The notes under the pieces were generated by a model. The model saw only the letters and a program-made list of their open reading frames with translations, searched no databases and was not told the DNA's origin. From Candidatus Zixiibacteriota bacterium (GTDB lineage Bacteria > Zixibacteria > MSB-5A5 > UBA10806 > 4484-95), in NCBI GenBank assembly GCA_021159005.1, contig JAGGSN010000078.1:8489-72488 (forward strand): DNA of 64,000 nucleotides, in the 5' to 3' direction. Below are positions 26,534-36,702 of this stretch, piece by piece. Every line of letters starts with the position of its first letter. The first letter of the stretch is position 1. A program made the position numbers and the translations under genes.

Positions 26534-29218
26534 CTATTTACTAACTCCAATCGGAATAACTTGCCCTGTAGCTGGCGGTGTTTCGCAATTAGGCCAACCA
26601 GCTGGGGGATCATCGGGAATAGGAGGAAAGGCAGGTACATAATTAACACAATACTTAATATCGGCAGTGCCTTTGAAGTAGCCAACCAACCGCGTAACAT
26701 CACTTCCCATCACTATGCAGTCGCCGTTCGCATCCGCCGAACACCAGAAACCATCAATTAAACAAGGTTGACTTGCTGGCAAACCTTTAAAATAGTTTAC
26801 CAGATAGGTAACATCCGCGCCAATGACTTGCGGCGGCCAAAGACCATTGGCCATGTTGATATCGCCTGGCAGGTATAAATAGCCAACAAAATACAATGCT
26901 CCCATATCGGCAGGTGTCCCGTCCGGGTCTAACGGCGATGAAGGATCGCCTGTATCCATACAAGGTGAACCGGAAGTGAGGCGGTAATCATTAAGAGATG
27001 GATCAATAAATAACGGATCCACAAGAATGTTTCCCGCTTCCGGAACAATATTGTTGTAAGGACCGCTTGCATTGCCGTAAAAACAATTATATAAAAGATG
27101 AAGATTACTGCCGCTGAGTACATTAAACCCATAATGTGAGTTGCCATAGAATATATTATTTCTAATATATGTATCAGTCGAGTAACCCTCGCAGAAAATA
27201 CCGCCGGCAACCGAAGCTGCCGTGTTGCCGCAAATCGTATTGTTCTCGATTATCCCGCCTCTTGCATCTATCCGCATAGCGCCGCCAGCTAAGCCAGCAT
27301 CGTTGTCGTAAACAACATTGCGCTTGAATATAAATGAGCAATTAAAAGCATGGAAACCTGCGCCGTTGTTGGAAACGGAATTATCGTAAATATAATTCGA
27401 ATATATCAAAGCCTGATGGCTCTCATCACAATCTATCGCGCTCAAAGCGCCGCCATGAACTCCGTAGTTATTGCGCAGAATATTATTTCTTATTGTTGGA
27501 GCGGCATTATCTCTAAAAAGAATTCCTCCGCCGCACAAATTTGGTGAAGTACTGTAGTTGATGTTGCTTTCAACAATGCAGTTCTCAATCACCGGCGATG
27601 AGCCAATGCATGTTATTCCAGCTCTGTCGGATGAATTTCTCACAGTAAAACCGCATAAGATTGAGTTTTCATCTTCGCTATTGATAAAACTCACAATACT
27701 TAGACTGTTAACCGCTTTTTCGATAATCGTTGAGCCGGCTCCATTTTCACTGGCAACTAAAATAGCCTTGCCGAGAAAATCGATATGTTCCGGATATATC
27801 CCATCGGCTACTAATACCGTGTCGCCATTAATAGATATATCGATAGCTGCCTGTATCGTAGGAAAATCCCCTGGGACATGAATTGTTTCATAGTTTGGAA
27901 TTAACATATTCAGTTCAATTATTTCATCTGTAAATACCCAAATATCAGCAATAGATGTGTCGTCGTAATCTATATGAGAAAAAGATATTTCATAAACTGC
28001 CGGAGTCGGTAAATCGGCTAAAATATATTCGCCATACTCATTAGTAATATCAGTATAAACTTCACCAACCACACTAACCTCAACTCCCTCTATAAGAATG
28101 CCATATTTATTTGTTGCTACACCAACAATATCGCCAAAACCCACGAGCGAGTTAAAATACAATGCTCCCATATCGGCAGGTGTCCCGTCCGGGTCTAACG
28201 GCGATGAAGGATCGCCTGTATCCATACAAGGTGAACCGGAAGTGAGGCGGTAATCATTAAGAGATGGATCAATAAATAACGGATCCACAAGAATGTTTCC
28301 CGCTTCCGGAACAATATTGTTGTAAGGACCGCTTGCATTGCCGTAAAAACAATTATATAAAAGATGAAGATTACTGCCGCTGAGTACATTAAACCCATAA
28401 TGTGAGTTGCCATAGAATATATTATTTCTAATATATGTATCAGTCGAGTAACCCTCGCAGAAAATACCGCCGGCAACCGAAGCTGCCGTGTTGCCGCAAA
28501 TCGTATTGTTCTCGATTATCCCGCCTCTTGCATCTATCCGCATAGCGCCGCCAGCTAAGCCAGCATCGTTGTCGTAAACAACATTGCGCTTGAATATAAA
28601 TGAGCAATTAAAAGCATGGAAACCTGCGCCGTTGTTGGAAACGGAATTATCGTAAATATAATTCGAATATATCAAAGCCTGATGGCTCTCATCACAATCT
28701 ATCGCGCTCAAAGCGCCGCCATGAACTCCGTAGTTATTGCGCAGAATATTATTTCTTATTGTTGGAGCGGCATTATCTCTAAAAAGAATTCCTCCGCCGC
28801 ACAAATTTGGTGAAGTACTGTAGTTGATGTTGCTTTCAACAATGCAGTTCTCAATCACCGGCGATGAGCCAATGCATGTTATTCCAGCTCTGTCGGATGA
28901 ATTTCTCACAGTAAAACCGCATAAGATTGAGTTTTCATCTTCGCTATTGATAAAACTCACAATACTTAGACTGTTAACCGCTTTTTCGATAATCGTTGAG
29001 CCGGCTCCATTTTCACTGGCAACTAAAATAGCCTTGCCGAGAAAATCGATATGTTCCGGATATATCCCATCGGCTACTAATACCGTGTCGCCGTTAATAG
29101 ATATATCGATAGCTGCCTGTATTGATGCTGAATCAGCAGGAACGTGAATTGTAGCAGCTAATGAAGAAGCCGTTAACAACACAAAAATGGTCCATGTTAA
29201 TGAAATTAATCCTTTCAT
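26534..29218 (-). CDS. Secreted protein with two right-handed beta-helix (pectin-lyase-fold) modules and a C-terminal dockerin-like domain
   Basis: Signal peptide. Two approximately 350-aa beta-helix modules ('NNI..NN...GGA' repeats, 'CGGGI') separated by a beta-sandwich linker. C-terminal 'DANGDCIVMGSDVTRLVGYFKG' and 'GADVTYLVNYFKG' resemble dockerin repeats. Confidence 0.7.
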   Translation of the reverse strand: MKGLISLTWTIFVLLTASSLAATIHVPADSASIQAAIDISINGDTVLVADGIYPEHIDFLGKAILVASENGAGSTIIEKAVNSLSIVSFINSEDENSILCGFTVRNSSDRAGITCIGSSPVIENCIVESNINYSTSPNLCGGGILFRDNAAPTIRNNILRNNYGVHGGALSAIDCDESHQALIYSNYIYDNSVSNNGAGFHAFNCSFIFKRNVVYDNDAGLAGGAMRIDARGGIIENNTICGNTAASVAGGIFCEGYSTDTYIRNNIFYGNSHYGFNVLSGSNLHLLYNCFYGNASGPYNNIVPEAGNILVDPLFIDPSLNDYRLTSGSPCMDTGDPSSPLDPDGTPADMGALYFNSLVGFGDIVGVATNKYGILIEGVEVSVVGEVYTDITNEYGEYILADLPTPAVYEISFSHIDYDDTSIADIWVFTDEIIELNMLIPNYETIHVPGDFPTIQAAIDISINGDTVLVADGIYPEHIDFLGKAILVASENGAGSTIIEKAVNSLSIVSFINSEDENSILCGFTVRNSSDRAGITCIGSSPVIENCIVESNINYSTSPNLCGGGILFRDNAAPTIRNNILRNNYGVHGGALSAIDCDESHQALIYSNYIYDNSVSNNGAGFHAFNCSFIFKRNVVYDNDAGLAGGAMRIDARGGIIENNTICGNTAASVAGGIFCEGYSTDTYIRNNIFYGNSHYGFNVLSGSNLHLLYNCFYGNASGPYNNIVPEAGNILVDPLFIDPSLNDYRLTSGSPCMDTGDPSSPLDPDGTPADMGALYFVGYLYLPGDINMANGLWPPQVIGADVTYLVNYFKGLPASQPCLIDGFWCSADANGDCIVMGSDVTRLVGYFKGTADIKYCVNYVPAFPPIPDDPPAGWPNCETPPATGQVIPIGVSK
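26895..27845. repeat. Intragenic tandem duplication, copy 1 (about 950 bp, >99% identical to 28153-29111)
   Basis: Shadow ORFs 26929-27210 and 28195-28476 are identical over 93 aa. ORFs 27350-27547 and 28616-28813 are identical. I saw one SNP (27837 A versus 29097 G). Confidence 0.85.
28153..29111. repeat. Intragenic tandem duplication, copy 2
   Basis: See copy 1. The period is 1266 bp (422 aa). Confidence 0.85.
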
Positions 29219-29408
29219 AACAACCTCCTGCGTAAAGTAAAAATTTTAGATTTACGTTAAATAGAGCTGCGTACTTAATTTACTAAAGAAATATACATGG
29301 CCTACCAGAGAACGCAAGTGATTTTCAGGAGTTTTTAACTTATTTTGGGACAAGGTGAGGTTTTTTCCGTTTTGGATTGTTAATGGGGATTTAGATGATG
29401 CTATTGAA

Positions 29409-29436
29409 ATAAAAATAAGGGCTGCCGAAACAGCCC
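29409..29436 (-). terminator. Rho-independent terminator for the minus-strand gene 29470-30369
   Basis: Hairpin GGGCUG-UUUCGG-CAGCCC followed by UUAUUUUUAUUU on the minus strand. Confidence 0.65.
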
Positions 29437-29469
29437 TTTAATGCTTATACTAATTCACAGATTGGAAGG

Positions 29470-30369
29470 TTATTTCAATAAAACCATCCTCTTGGTCTCG
29501 GCATGTTTTCCCGCCTGTATCTTATAGAAATACACTCCGGATGATTTGTCATTGGCATGCCAGACAACCCGATATTGACCTGCCGGCTGTTGTTGATTAA
29601 CCAATGTCTCGACCTTCTGGCCAAGCACATCATAAATATCTATAACAGCCACAGCCTCCTCAGGCAGGCTATAGCTTATTGTCGTTTCCATATTAAAGGG
29701 ATTGGGATAATTCTGCATTAAGGCAAAACTTTCAGGTTTAACAACAGCATCATCAACAGAACTGCTGCCATTAAAATGAACCAGGCAAAAAGATTCAGCT
29801 ACTGTATAGCCAGCATCGCCAGCCGTATCGCCGGCATTTGCCGGTCCCTGGAATCGGTCTAAACCGGGACCATAGGCCTCCACTGTATTACCCGGCAAGG
29901 AGGGATCATTTACCGATTTTGTAGCTAATTTCAATACCTGAGTCGGCTCATCAAGATTCAGCCAAGGGTTTGGCTGACCGCCAAGGTCTGCGAAACCGAG
30001 AAATGTTAAGCTGTTCCATCCCGGCTGAAATTCATCATTGAATGTATAAAAATTAGCCTCATCCCACTCAGTAAGAGGATAATATATCTCACAGGAATCT
30101 TTAAACATCGTATCGATATAAGATTTATTAAATCCTGTCGGCAGGCAAATATTGGCAACATAGGCATTGTCGGTTGTTTTAATATAAACATAAAGGTCGA
30201 TTACGCTGTCGATATTCCCTTCTATTGGGGAATCATTAAGGTTGCCGTACCAAACATACATAGAATCATCCAGGCTTTGTGCCATAATTTGCGCAGGATT
30301 TACACAAATGAACACTGTCGATACCAGCCCGAAAGCCATAATAATTAATGTATTTTTTAATTTATTCAT
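29470..30369 (-). CDS. Secreted hypothetical protein with T9SS C-terminal sorting domain
   Basis: Signal peptide. C-terminal 'NYPNPFN...VYFYKIQAGKHAETKRMVLLK'. Confidence 0.65.
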   Translation of the reverse strand: MNKLKNTLIIMAFGLVSTVFICVNPAQIMAQSLDDSMYVWYGNLNDSPIEGNIDSVIDLYVYIKTTDNAYVANICLPTGFNKSYIDTMFKDSCEIYYPLTEWDEANFYTFNDEFQPGWNSLTFLGFADLGGQPNPWLNLDEPTQVLKLATKSVNDPSLPGNTVEAYGPGLDRFQGPANAGDTAGDAGYTVAESFCLVHFNGSSSVDDAVVKPESFALMQNYPNPFNMETTISYSLPEEAVAVIDIYDVLGQKVETLVNQQQPAGQYRVVWHANDKSSGVYFYKIQAGKHAETKRMVLLK

Positions 30370-30761
30370 TTCATTTTATCCTTTGCTTCCCTTAAGGTTA
30401 AGGTATTTTATTTATTGTATTTATCATATTATACAATAAATTTTCAGAATGTCAATATATCTATACTAAGCAAAATTTGTGCCTTGCAATATAACAATAT
30501 TTTAATACTAATATCTCCTTTTGTTGGTTACTGTATAATGCATCGTCTTGATATATTATAATTTTATTTCTGCCAATATCATAGGCGATTCTGATTGAAA
30601 AAGATCATTCCACTATACTATCAAATATTATATATGCCGGAGAATATTAAAAGTTCCTTAAAATTCTTGTCAGGGTTGTCATTGTGAGCACAGCCTGTTT
30701 TCGTCTATTTACATGCCGGCACACGAGTACATACACCAGCTACTTAAATTTCTTATCAGGA

Positions 30762-32585
30762 TTAATCCTCAGCATTTTTCATAACCTTCTCCATCTTTAT
30801 GCCAAGCATATAATATCTATCAGCCTCTTCAAAATATTCCAAAGATCGGCAAAATCGTTCTCTTGTTATAACAGCCCTATAAAAATAAGAAAACGCTGTT
30901 TTGGTTCTTCTGTCGATATACACAAAAGATGTTTCCCAGCTTGAGATATCAATTTTATCGATATCAAATTCTATGTAATCGATATTTTCCTCAAGTTTGT
31001 AAAACACGCCAACAGGAATTCTGATAAGATTTGGAACCACATCAGGGTCATTCAGGATATTTGTATAGATTGGCCTGTTAATTCTATTGGAATTTACAAT
31101 TGATGAAATCATTTCCCGAAAGGCTTGAGTTAATGTCCGAGAATCATATTTTTTTCTCTCCTCAAATGGTTTAACCAGTTCGATAAAACGGTTGATCTGT
31201 TTTTCCGATTGCCCGACGATATTCGGATGATACCGTTTCAGAAAATCCAGATACCAGGAACGCCGCAGCAGCTCTTTATCAATAATAACCGCATCCGGCC
31301 GGATGTTTTGAGTATAGCGATAATAAAGCCAGGGCGAATAGAAATCCCAGTTTTCGATTATGGCTATGCCGTTTTCTGCCATTGATGCCAGCATATTTTC
31401 GACACCTGCCGCGGCAAAAGTTTTCCGGCTTTTATCCTGCTTGAAATAGTTATCTATAAGATTTGATAACGGCAGGACAATCAAGGCGAATATTATGAAG
31501 GCTTTGATAATTTTTTGATGGCTTTTTACCGTACTGATAATAGCTATTTTATTGATTAGATAAAACAATCCGGCACCGGTAAAAATCGCCATAACCGCAA
31601 AACCCAGCAAATAATACGATTCAATATCGATAATATCATAATTTGAACTGTAAAAAATATCAGCCAATACAATTATTATCAGGAATACAGATATTTTTAG
31701 CTGTTTTTTTATCAGATATATCATTCCTGTCACAGTTAGAAACAATCCGACAATTCCGAATTGAACATAAAGGAGCTTGAAAAAATAGCCGATTCCCTCA
31801 GCCATCTGTGCCGGCGACTTGAACATCCAGACCCGATACTGCCAACCACTGATATGGTTTATCAGCCCCTCAAAGCTGGCTGGATTGCTCCAGTTCAGAA
31901 AAGGCTCGAATGTGCTTCGTATCGGCAAGTAGATATAGGCGGAAAGCGCCATTAAAAGGAAAAATATTGCGAATAAGCAGCGCGATGTAAACAGCCCCTT
32001 GATGCCATCAGTGGTATAAATCATATAGATTATAGCCGGCAATAAAAATACCGTGCCCATATGCGAGCCGAAAGACAAACCCCAGATATAGAATCCGGCA
32101 ATGAGATACCTGTTTTTCCGCTTATTTAGATAACCTATAAAAAATAGTATCGCTAATAAATCAGCCAGAAGCGTTGCGCAGTAAACCTCGTTAGCTGTTC
32201 CCTGAGACCACCAAACAGGAGTAAACGCCATAAAAAGCGAGATTGAAGCGGCTGTCGGCTTTTTTAATAATGAATTTGGCAAAACCTTCATTATTAACAT
32301 ATACAAAAGGCAAACTGAAATAGAAGTAATTATTAACGACAACAAATTGCAGCGAAGTATCACCTCACCCGGCAATAATATTACCGCTAATCTTCCCAGA
32401 AGAGTATAAAGCGGGTAGCCTGTCGGATGAGGAATGCCCAACAGCGCGCAGTTTACAGCCAGTTCGCCGGAATCAATAAACTCCACTGTAGGGCAAATGG
32501 TTTTCAGGTATATTAAACCGGAAAAAACTAATACACCGGCAAGCCAGATATTATTTATTGCGAATTTTTTGGCGTTTCGAATCAA
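30762..32585 (-). CDS. Polytopic membrane protein, DUF2723-like (putative glycosyltransferase-fold)
   Basis: 607 aa with more than 10 TM helices. N-terminal 'GIPHPTGYPLYTLLG' motif, then a large C-terminal soluble domain. Confidence 0.4.
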   Translation of the reverse strand: MIRNAKKFAINNIWLAGVLVFSGLIYLKTICPTVEFIDSGELAVNCALLGIPHPTGYPLYTLLGRLAVILLPGEVILRCNLLSLIITSISVCLLYMLIMKVLPNSLLKKPTAASISLFMAFTPVWWSQGTANEVYCATLLADLLAILFFIGYLNKRKNRYLIAGFYIWGLSFGSHMGTVFLLPAIIYMIYTTDGIKGLFTSRCLFAIFFLLMALSAYIYLPIRSTFEPFLNWSNPASFEGLINHISGWQYRVWMFKSPAQMAEGIGYFFKLLYVQFGIVGLFLTVTGMIYLIKKQLKISVFLIIIVLADIFYSSNYDIIDIESYYLLGFAVMAIFTGAGLFYLINKIAIISTVKSHQKIIKAFIIFALIVLPLSNLIDNYFKQDKSRKTFAAAGVENMLASMAENGIAIIENWDFYSPWLYYRYTQNIRPDAVIIDKELLRRSWYLDFLKRYHPNIVGQSEKQINRFIELVKPFEERKKYDSRTLTQAFREMISSIVNSNRINRPIYTNILNDPDVVPNLIRIPVGVFYKLEENIDYIEFDIDKIDISSWETSFVYIDRRTKTAFSYFYRAVITRERFCRSLEYFEEADRYYMLGIKMEKVMKNAED

Positions 32586-32638
32586 GGTAATAATAGCTAA
32601 TGCCTTGCCAGCCTGCCTGCCGCAGGCACGGCGTTTAT

Positions 32639-33061
32639 TTAGAACGGCAGGTCGTCATCATCAGTAGAAACATCAGCCGGCGGTTCCGGCGGCGTACCCG
32701 ATGGCGGCTGTGATGGCCCTGATTGGTCATCCCGCCCGCCTAAAAACTGAAAATTCCGAACAACAACCTCAGATATATATTTCTTGACGCCGTCTTTATC
32801 TTCATAACTGCGATTATCTATCCTGCCATCAATATATACTGGCCTGCCTTTTCTTAAGTATTCATTAGCTATTTCAGCCTGCCTACCCCAGCAAACTATA
32901 TTATGCCAAGTTGTCTGTTCCTGAGATTGACCATCCTTATCCCGCCATTTACGAGTAGTAGCTAAAGAGAACTTTGCTACTGCCTGACCGGATGGCGTGT
33001 ATCTGAGTTCGGGGTCTTTTCCCAGATTTCCAATTAATATCGCTTTGTTTACTGATGCCAT
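32639..33061 (-). CDS. ssb: Single-stranded DNA-binding protein
   Basis: OB-fold N-terminus 'KAILIGNLGKDPELRYT', a Gly/Pro-rich linker and an acidic tail '...DDDLPF'. Confidence 0.9.
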   Translation of the reverse strand: MASVNKAILIGNLGKDPELRYTPSGQAVAKFSLATTRKWRDKDGQSQEQTTWHNIVCWGRQAEIANEYLRKGRPVYIDGRIDNRSYEDKDGVKKYISEVVVRNFQFLGGRDDQSGPSQPPSGTPPEPPADVSTDDDDLPF

Positions 33062-33140
33062 TTTACCTCCATGAGCTAAGTTTTAGTTAAAATAAAAATT
33101 TAGCCGTATATTGTCAATTTAATTATGATTTTAATGCTCG

Positions 33141-33177
33141 GATTTTGCAGCCATGCCCGCCGGCAGGCAGGTTGGGA
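33141..33177. repeat. Dispersed repeat family D
   Basis: 'GATTTTGCAGCCATGCCCGCCGGCAGGCAGGTTGGGA'. Exact 35-nt copies at 5896-5930 (rc) and 61257-61289. Confidence 0.7.
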
Positions 33178-33207
33178 TTTTAGCAACAACCCTAAGCTTT
33201 ATAAACA

Positions 33208-33265
33208 TCAGCGCGTAGGGGCGTATTGCATACGTCCTCTTGTTACCAAGCAGCTCTTGGTAAAA
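33208..33265. repeat. Dispersed repeat family E (reverse orientation)
   Basis: Reverse complement reads '...GCTGCTTGGTAACAAGAGGACGTATGCAATACGCCCCTACGCGCTG'. Homologous to 41553-41606. Related copies at 61395-61425 and 59595-59640. Confidence 0.6.
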
Positions 33266-33385
33266 AGAGGAGGATATTATTTCACTCTTGAAAGGGGTCG
33301 GGGGTGTGTTTGTAGCGCTAAATGTTCAATATAATTTAGCTCTGACTATTTTAGATAAGTTTTCCATGAAAATATTTCAGCAGGA

Positions 33386-34015
33386 TTATAACAATTTCTC
33401 GATTGCGGTAATAAAGCTGTTGATTTTGGTTTTTAATTTTTGACGGCTGGCATTATTTTCAATCACATAATCAGATAGACTAATCTTTTGCCTCTGTGGA
33501 ATCTGCGAAGCTATCCGTTTTTTTGCCTTATCTATACTTAGACCAAAACTGCAAATTCGGTTCAGCCGGATATTTCTTAAAGCGTTAATTGTTAATATAA
33601 TATCAAACCAGTCGGCGATTCTCCATTCGAAAATCAGGGCGGCATCGATTACAATCATCTTATGGCGTTTATTGCCGCTGTATCTTAACAGTTCGGCTTT
33701 AAGCTGTTTTAGCAATACCGGATGGATTAGCCTGTTAAATGCCAGCATCATTTCAGTATCGCTAAATACAATTGCGCCGATTTTACGTCGGTCAAATTCG
33801 CTCTTATTGTCTAATACATCCCTGCCAAGCAGTTTTATAACCTTATTCCTGACAGATTTATTATGGCGAAGGATATCATGTCCTATCGCATCCGCGCTGA
33901 TAATTTTTGCGCCTTTTTCTGACAACATCTTTGCCGCCTCAGATTTGCCTACACCAGGTCCGCCAGTTAAGCCGATTAACACGGGTCTCTTTAAACGAAT
34001 TATTCCAGCCGTCAT
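33386..34015 (-). CDS. coaE: Dephospho-CoA kinase
   Basis: P-loop 'GLTGGPGVGKS' at the N-terminus. About 200 aa. Directly downstream of polA, the classic arrangement. Confidence 0.75.
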   Translation of the reverse strand: MTAGIIRLKRPVLIGLTGGPGVGKSEAAKMLSEKGAKIISADAIGHDILRHNKSVRNKVIKLLGRDVLDNKSEFDRRKIGAIVFSDTEMMLAFNRLIHPVLLKQLKAELLRYSGNKRHKMIVIDAALIFEWRIADWFDIILTINALRNIRLNRICSFGLSIDKAKKRIASQIPQRQKISLSDYVIENNASRQKLKTKINSFITAIEKLL

Positions 34016-36702
34016 TAATGCGCCTCCAGCCAGTTTTCGCCCTCGCCAATATCGACAACGAGCGGAACTTTTAATTTCAGGGCGTTTTCCATCTGTTCTT
34101 TTACCATTCCCCGAAGGTAATCTTTTTCTTCCAAATATTGTTCATATACAAGCTCATCATGCACCTGAAGAATCATTCGCGATTTTTTATTCTTCAGCTT
34201 ATCATTAATCTTGATCATAGCCGCTTTGATTAAATCAGCCGCTGTTCCCTGAATAGGCGTATTGATAGCGGTTCTTTCGGCAAATTGACGCGCCTGCCGC
34301 GACCGCGCGTTTATATCCGGCAGATAGCGGCGGCGGTTAAGCAGGGTTTCCACATAACCGTGTTCTTTTGCGAAAGTTATCATATCATCCATATATTTCT
34401 TGACGCCGGGGTAGCGATTAAAATAAGCGTCTATATAATCTTTTGATTCCTTAACAGAAAGCCCGGCTTGCTGAGATAACCCATAGGCAGAAACGCCGTA
34501 AATAATCGAGAAATTGGCGGTTTTAGCGGCGCGCCGATGGTCGGCTGTTACATCCTTTATATCAATACCGAACACCTCGGCGGCAGTCCTTTTATGAATA
34601 TCTTCGCCTCGATTAAATGCCTCGATTAGAGCCTCATCGCCGGCATAATGAGCCATAAGCCTCAACTCGACCTGAGAATAATCCGCCGATAAAATATTGT
34701 ATCCAGCCCGAGCTGTAAAGGCTTTGCGTATTTCTCTGCCCTCTTCTGTTCTTATAGGGATATTTTGCAGGTTTGGGTCGGATGAGGATAACCGTCCGGT
34801 TGCGGCTACTGTCTGATTAAAACTCGTATGGACTCTGCCGGTTTTCGGATTAATTAGCCTTGGGATAGCATCGATATAAGTGGATTTTAATTTCATAAAC
34901 TGACGGTATTCCAAAATCAAACGCGGCAGAGAGTGAATCAAAGAGAGGTCATTAAGAACGTCAACATCGGTGGATTTTTCGCCCTTAGGTGTTTTTCTCG
35001 ATGAGGGCAGCATCAGCTTATCAAACAAAATTACCCGCAATTGGGCTGGCGAATTGATATTGAATTCCTGCCCCGCCTCTTGATATATTTCATTCTCAAT
35101 TGCCGCCATCTTAGGAACATAGGAGTCTGAAAGCTTCTTCAAGAAATAAATGTCAACAGCAACTCCTGCTTTTTCCATATCGCCGAGAACCGAAAGCAAA
35201 GGCATCTCAAGTTCGAAAAAGAGCGTCTCAAGCTTAAGTTCCTTTATCTTGGGATATAGATGGTTTTTCAACCTCAATGTAAAATCAGCATCCTCGGCGG
35301 CATAAAAGGAGGCTTTATCAACCGGCACAACTGAGAATGGCAATTGCTTTGAACCGGTTCCCATAAGCTCGGTAATCGGCTGCATCTTATAATTGAAATG
35401 CTCAGCTATTAATGAATCAAGCTTATGCGACCTTTTTCCGGGATTAATCAGATAAGAAGCAATCATCGTGTCGAAATATATCTTCTGCAAGTTGAGACTG
35501 CAATTATCAAATACCTGACGGTCGTATTTCATATTATGGCCAATCAACTTCACCTGTGAATCAAAAAATTTTCTGAACCGGTCAAGGGCCTCATCAAAAG
35601 GCAGGTTTGCGTTTTTATCATCATGCCTTAAGGGCATATAAAAAGCCTCGCCTTCTTTGATTGCAAGAGATATGCCGACTAATTCCGAATTTAAAGCGTT
35701 TATTGAGGTTGTTTCGGTATCGATAGCGGCTTCGCCATTTTTCTCTGCGGCAGAAAGTATCTCATCGAGACGGTCAATCGATTTAACGGTTTCATAATCT
35801 GCTTTTACATCGATAAGCAAATCCTTCTGAACAGCATTATCAAGCGGCATTGCATATTTATTATATAATGCGGATAGTTCAAACCGCTTGAAAAGCTCAG
35901 CCAGTTTCTGCTTGTTGGATTTTTCTAATAACAGAACGCTATCATCAAGCTCTATATCAATATCACAATCGATAGTTACAAGCTTGTATGACAGGCGAGC
36001 TAAATCGGCATGCTCTTTAAGCAAGTTTGATATTCTTTTGCCGCTAACTTTATCGGCTGATTGCAACACATTTTCGAGATTGTCGAATTGTTCAAGCAGT
36101 TTCAGGGCTGTTTTCTGTCCTATTCCCGGCACGCCTGGCACATTGTCGGAGCTGTCGCCCATCAGTGCCAGCATATCAATGATTCTTTCTGGCGGCACTC
36201 CCATTTTCGTTTTTACCTGATTGCGGTCAAACCATTCGAACGTTTTTGGGTGAAGCAATTTTATTTTATCATCCACGAGTTGGTAAAAATCCTTATCGCC
36301 GGTAAACATGCCGACCTCAAAGCCTCTTTGAGCGGCTTTTTTCGAGAGAGCACCAATTATATCATCCGCCTCATAGCCCTCCATTTCAATCACGGGAATA
36401 TTGAATCCCTCCAAAGCTTCCTTTATCCAGGGGAATGAATCAGCTAAGCCGTCAGGCATTTTAGCTCGCGTGGACTTGTACTCTTTGTACATTTTATGAC
36501 GGAAAGTCGGCGCCGGCGTATCGAATACGCAGGCTATATGGGTAGGCGAAACTTGGTCGATTAGCTTAATAAGCGAGTTAATAAAGCCAAACAAAGCGCT
36601 GGTATTTTCACCATGCGAATTTATCAGCGGATTCCTGATAAAAGCGAAATAGCTTCGATAGGCAATCGCCGAGCCATCTATTAATATTAATAATTTCGAC
36701 AT
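34015..36702 (-). CDS. polA: DNA polymerase I
   Basis: 895 aa. N-terminal 5'-3' exonuclease domain, 3'-5' exonuclease domain, and polymerase motifs 'DYSQVELR', 'RRAAKTANFSIIYG' and 'QVHDELV'. Confidence 0.95.
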   Translation of the reverse strand: MSKLLILIDGSAIAYRSYFAFIRNPLINSHGENTSALFGFINSLIKLIDQVSPTHIACVFDTPAPTFRHKMYKEYKSTRAKMPDGLADSFPWIKEALEGFNIPVIEMEGYEADDIIGALSKKAAQRGFEVGMFTGDKDFYQLVDDKIKLLHPKTFEWFDRNQVKTKMGVPPERIIDMLALMGDSSDNVPGVPGIGQKTALKLLEQFDNLENVLQSADKVSGKRISNLLKEHADLARLSYKLVTIDCDIDIELDDSVLLLEKSNKQKLAELFKRFELSALYNKYAMPLDNAVQKDLLIDVKADYETVKSIDRLDEILSAAEKNGEAAIDTETTSINALNSELVGISLAIKEGEAFYMPLRHDDKNANLPFDEALDRFRKFFDSQVKLIGHNMKYDRQVFDNCSLNLQKIYFDTMIASYLINPGKRSHKLDSLIAEHFNYKMQPITELMGTGSKQLPFSVVPVDKASFYAAEDADFTLRLKNHLYPKIKELKLETLFFELEMPLLSVLGDMEKAGVAVDIYFLKKLSDSYVPKMAAIENEIYQEAGQEFNINSPAQLRVILFDKLMLPSSRKTPKGEKSTDVDVLNDLSLIHSLPRLILEYRQFMKLKSTYIDAIPRLINPKTGRVHTSFNQTVAATGRLSSSDPNLQNIPIRTEEGREIRKAFTARAGYNILSADYSQVELRLMAHYAGDEALIEAFNRGEDIHKRTAAEVFGIDIKDVTADHRRAAKTANFSIIYGVSAYGLSQQAGLSVKESKDYIDAYFNRYPGVKKYMDDMITFAKEHGYVETLLNRRRYLPDINARSRQARQFAERTAINTPIQGTAADLIKAAMIKINDKLKNKKSRMILQVHDELVYEQYLEEKDYLRGMVKEQMENALKLKVPLVVDIGEGENWLEAH

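Noticed and set aside
26929-29147. Six plus-strand ORFs (26929-27210, 27350-27547, 27558-27881, 28195-28476, 28616-28813, 28824-29147) looking like duplicated small genes
   Set aside because: They are antisense or shadow frames inside the large minus-strand beta-helix gene. They are duplicated only because the underlying DNA is tandemly duplicated.
33125-33334. 69-aa plus-strand ORF between ssb and coaE
   Set aside because: It lies entirely within repeat families D and E. Its 'QRVGAYCIRPLVTKQ' segment is the translation of the repeat. ORF 41528-41710 translates the same repeat. Spurious.
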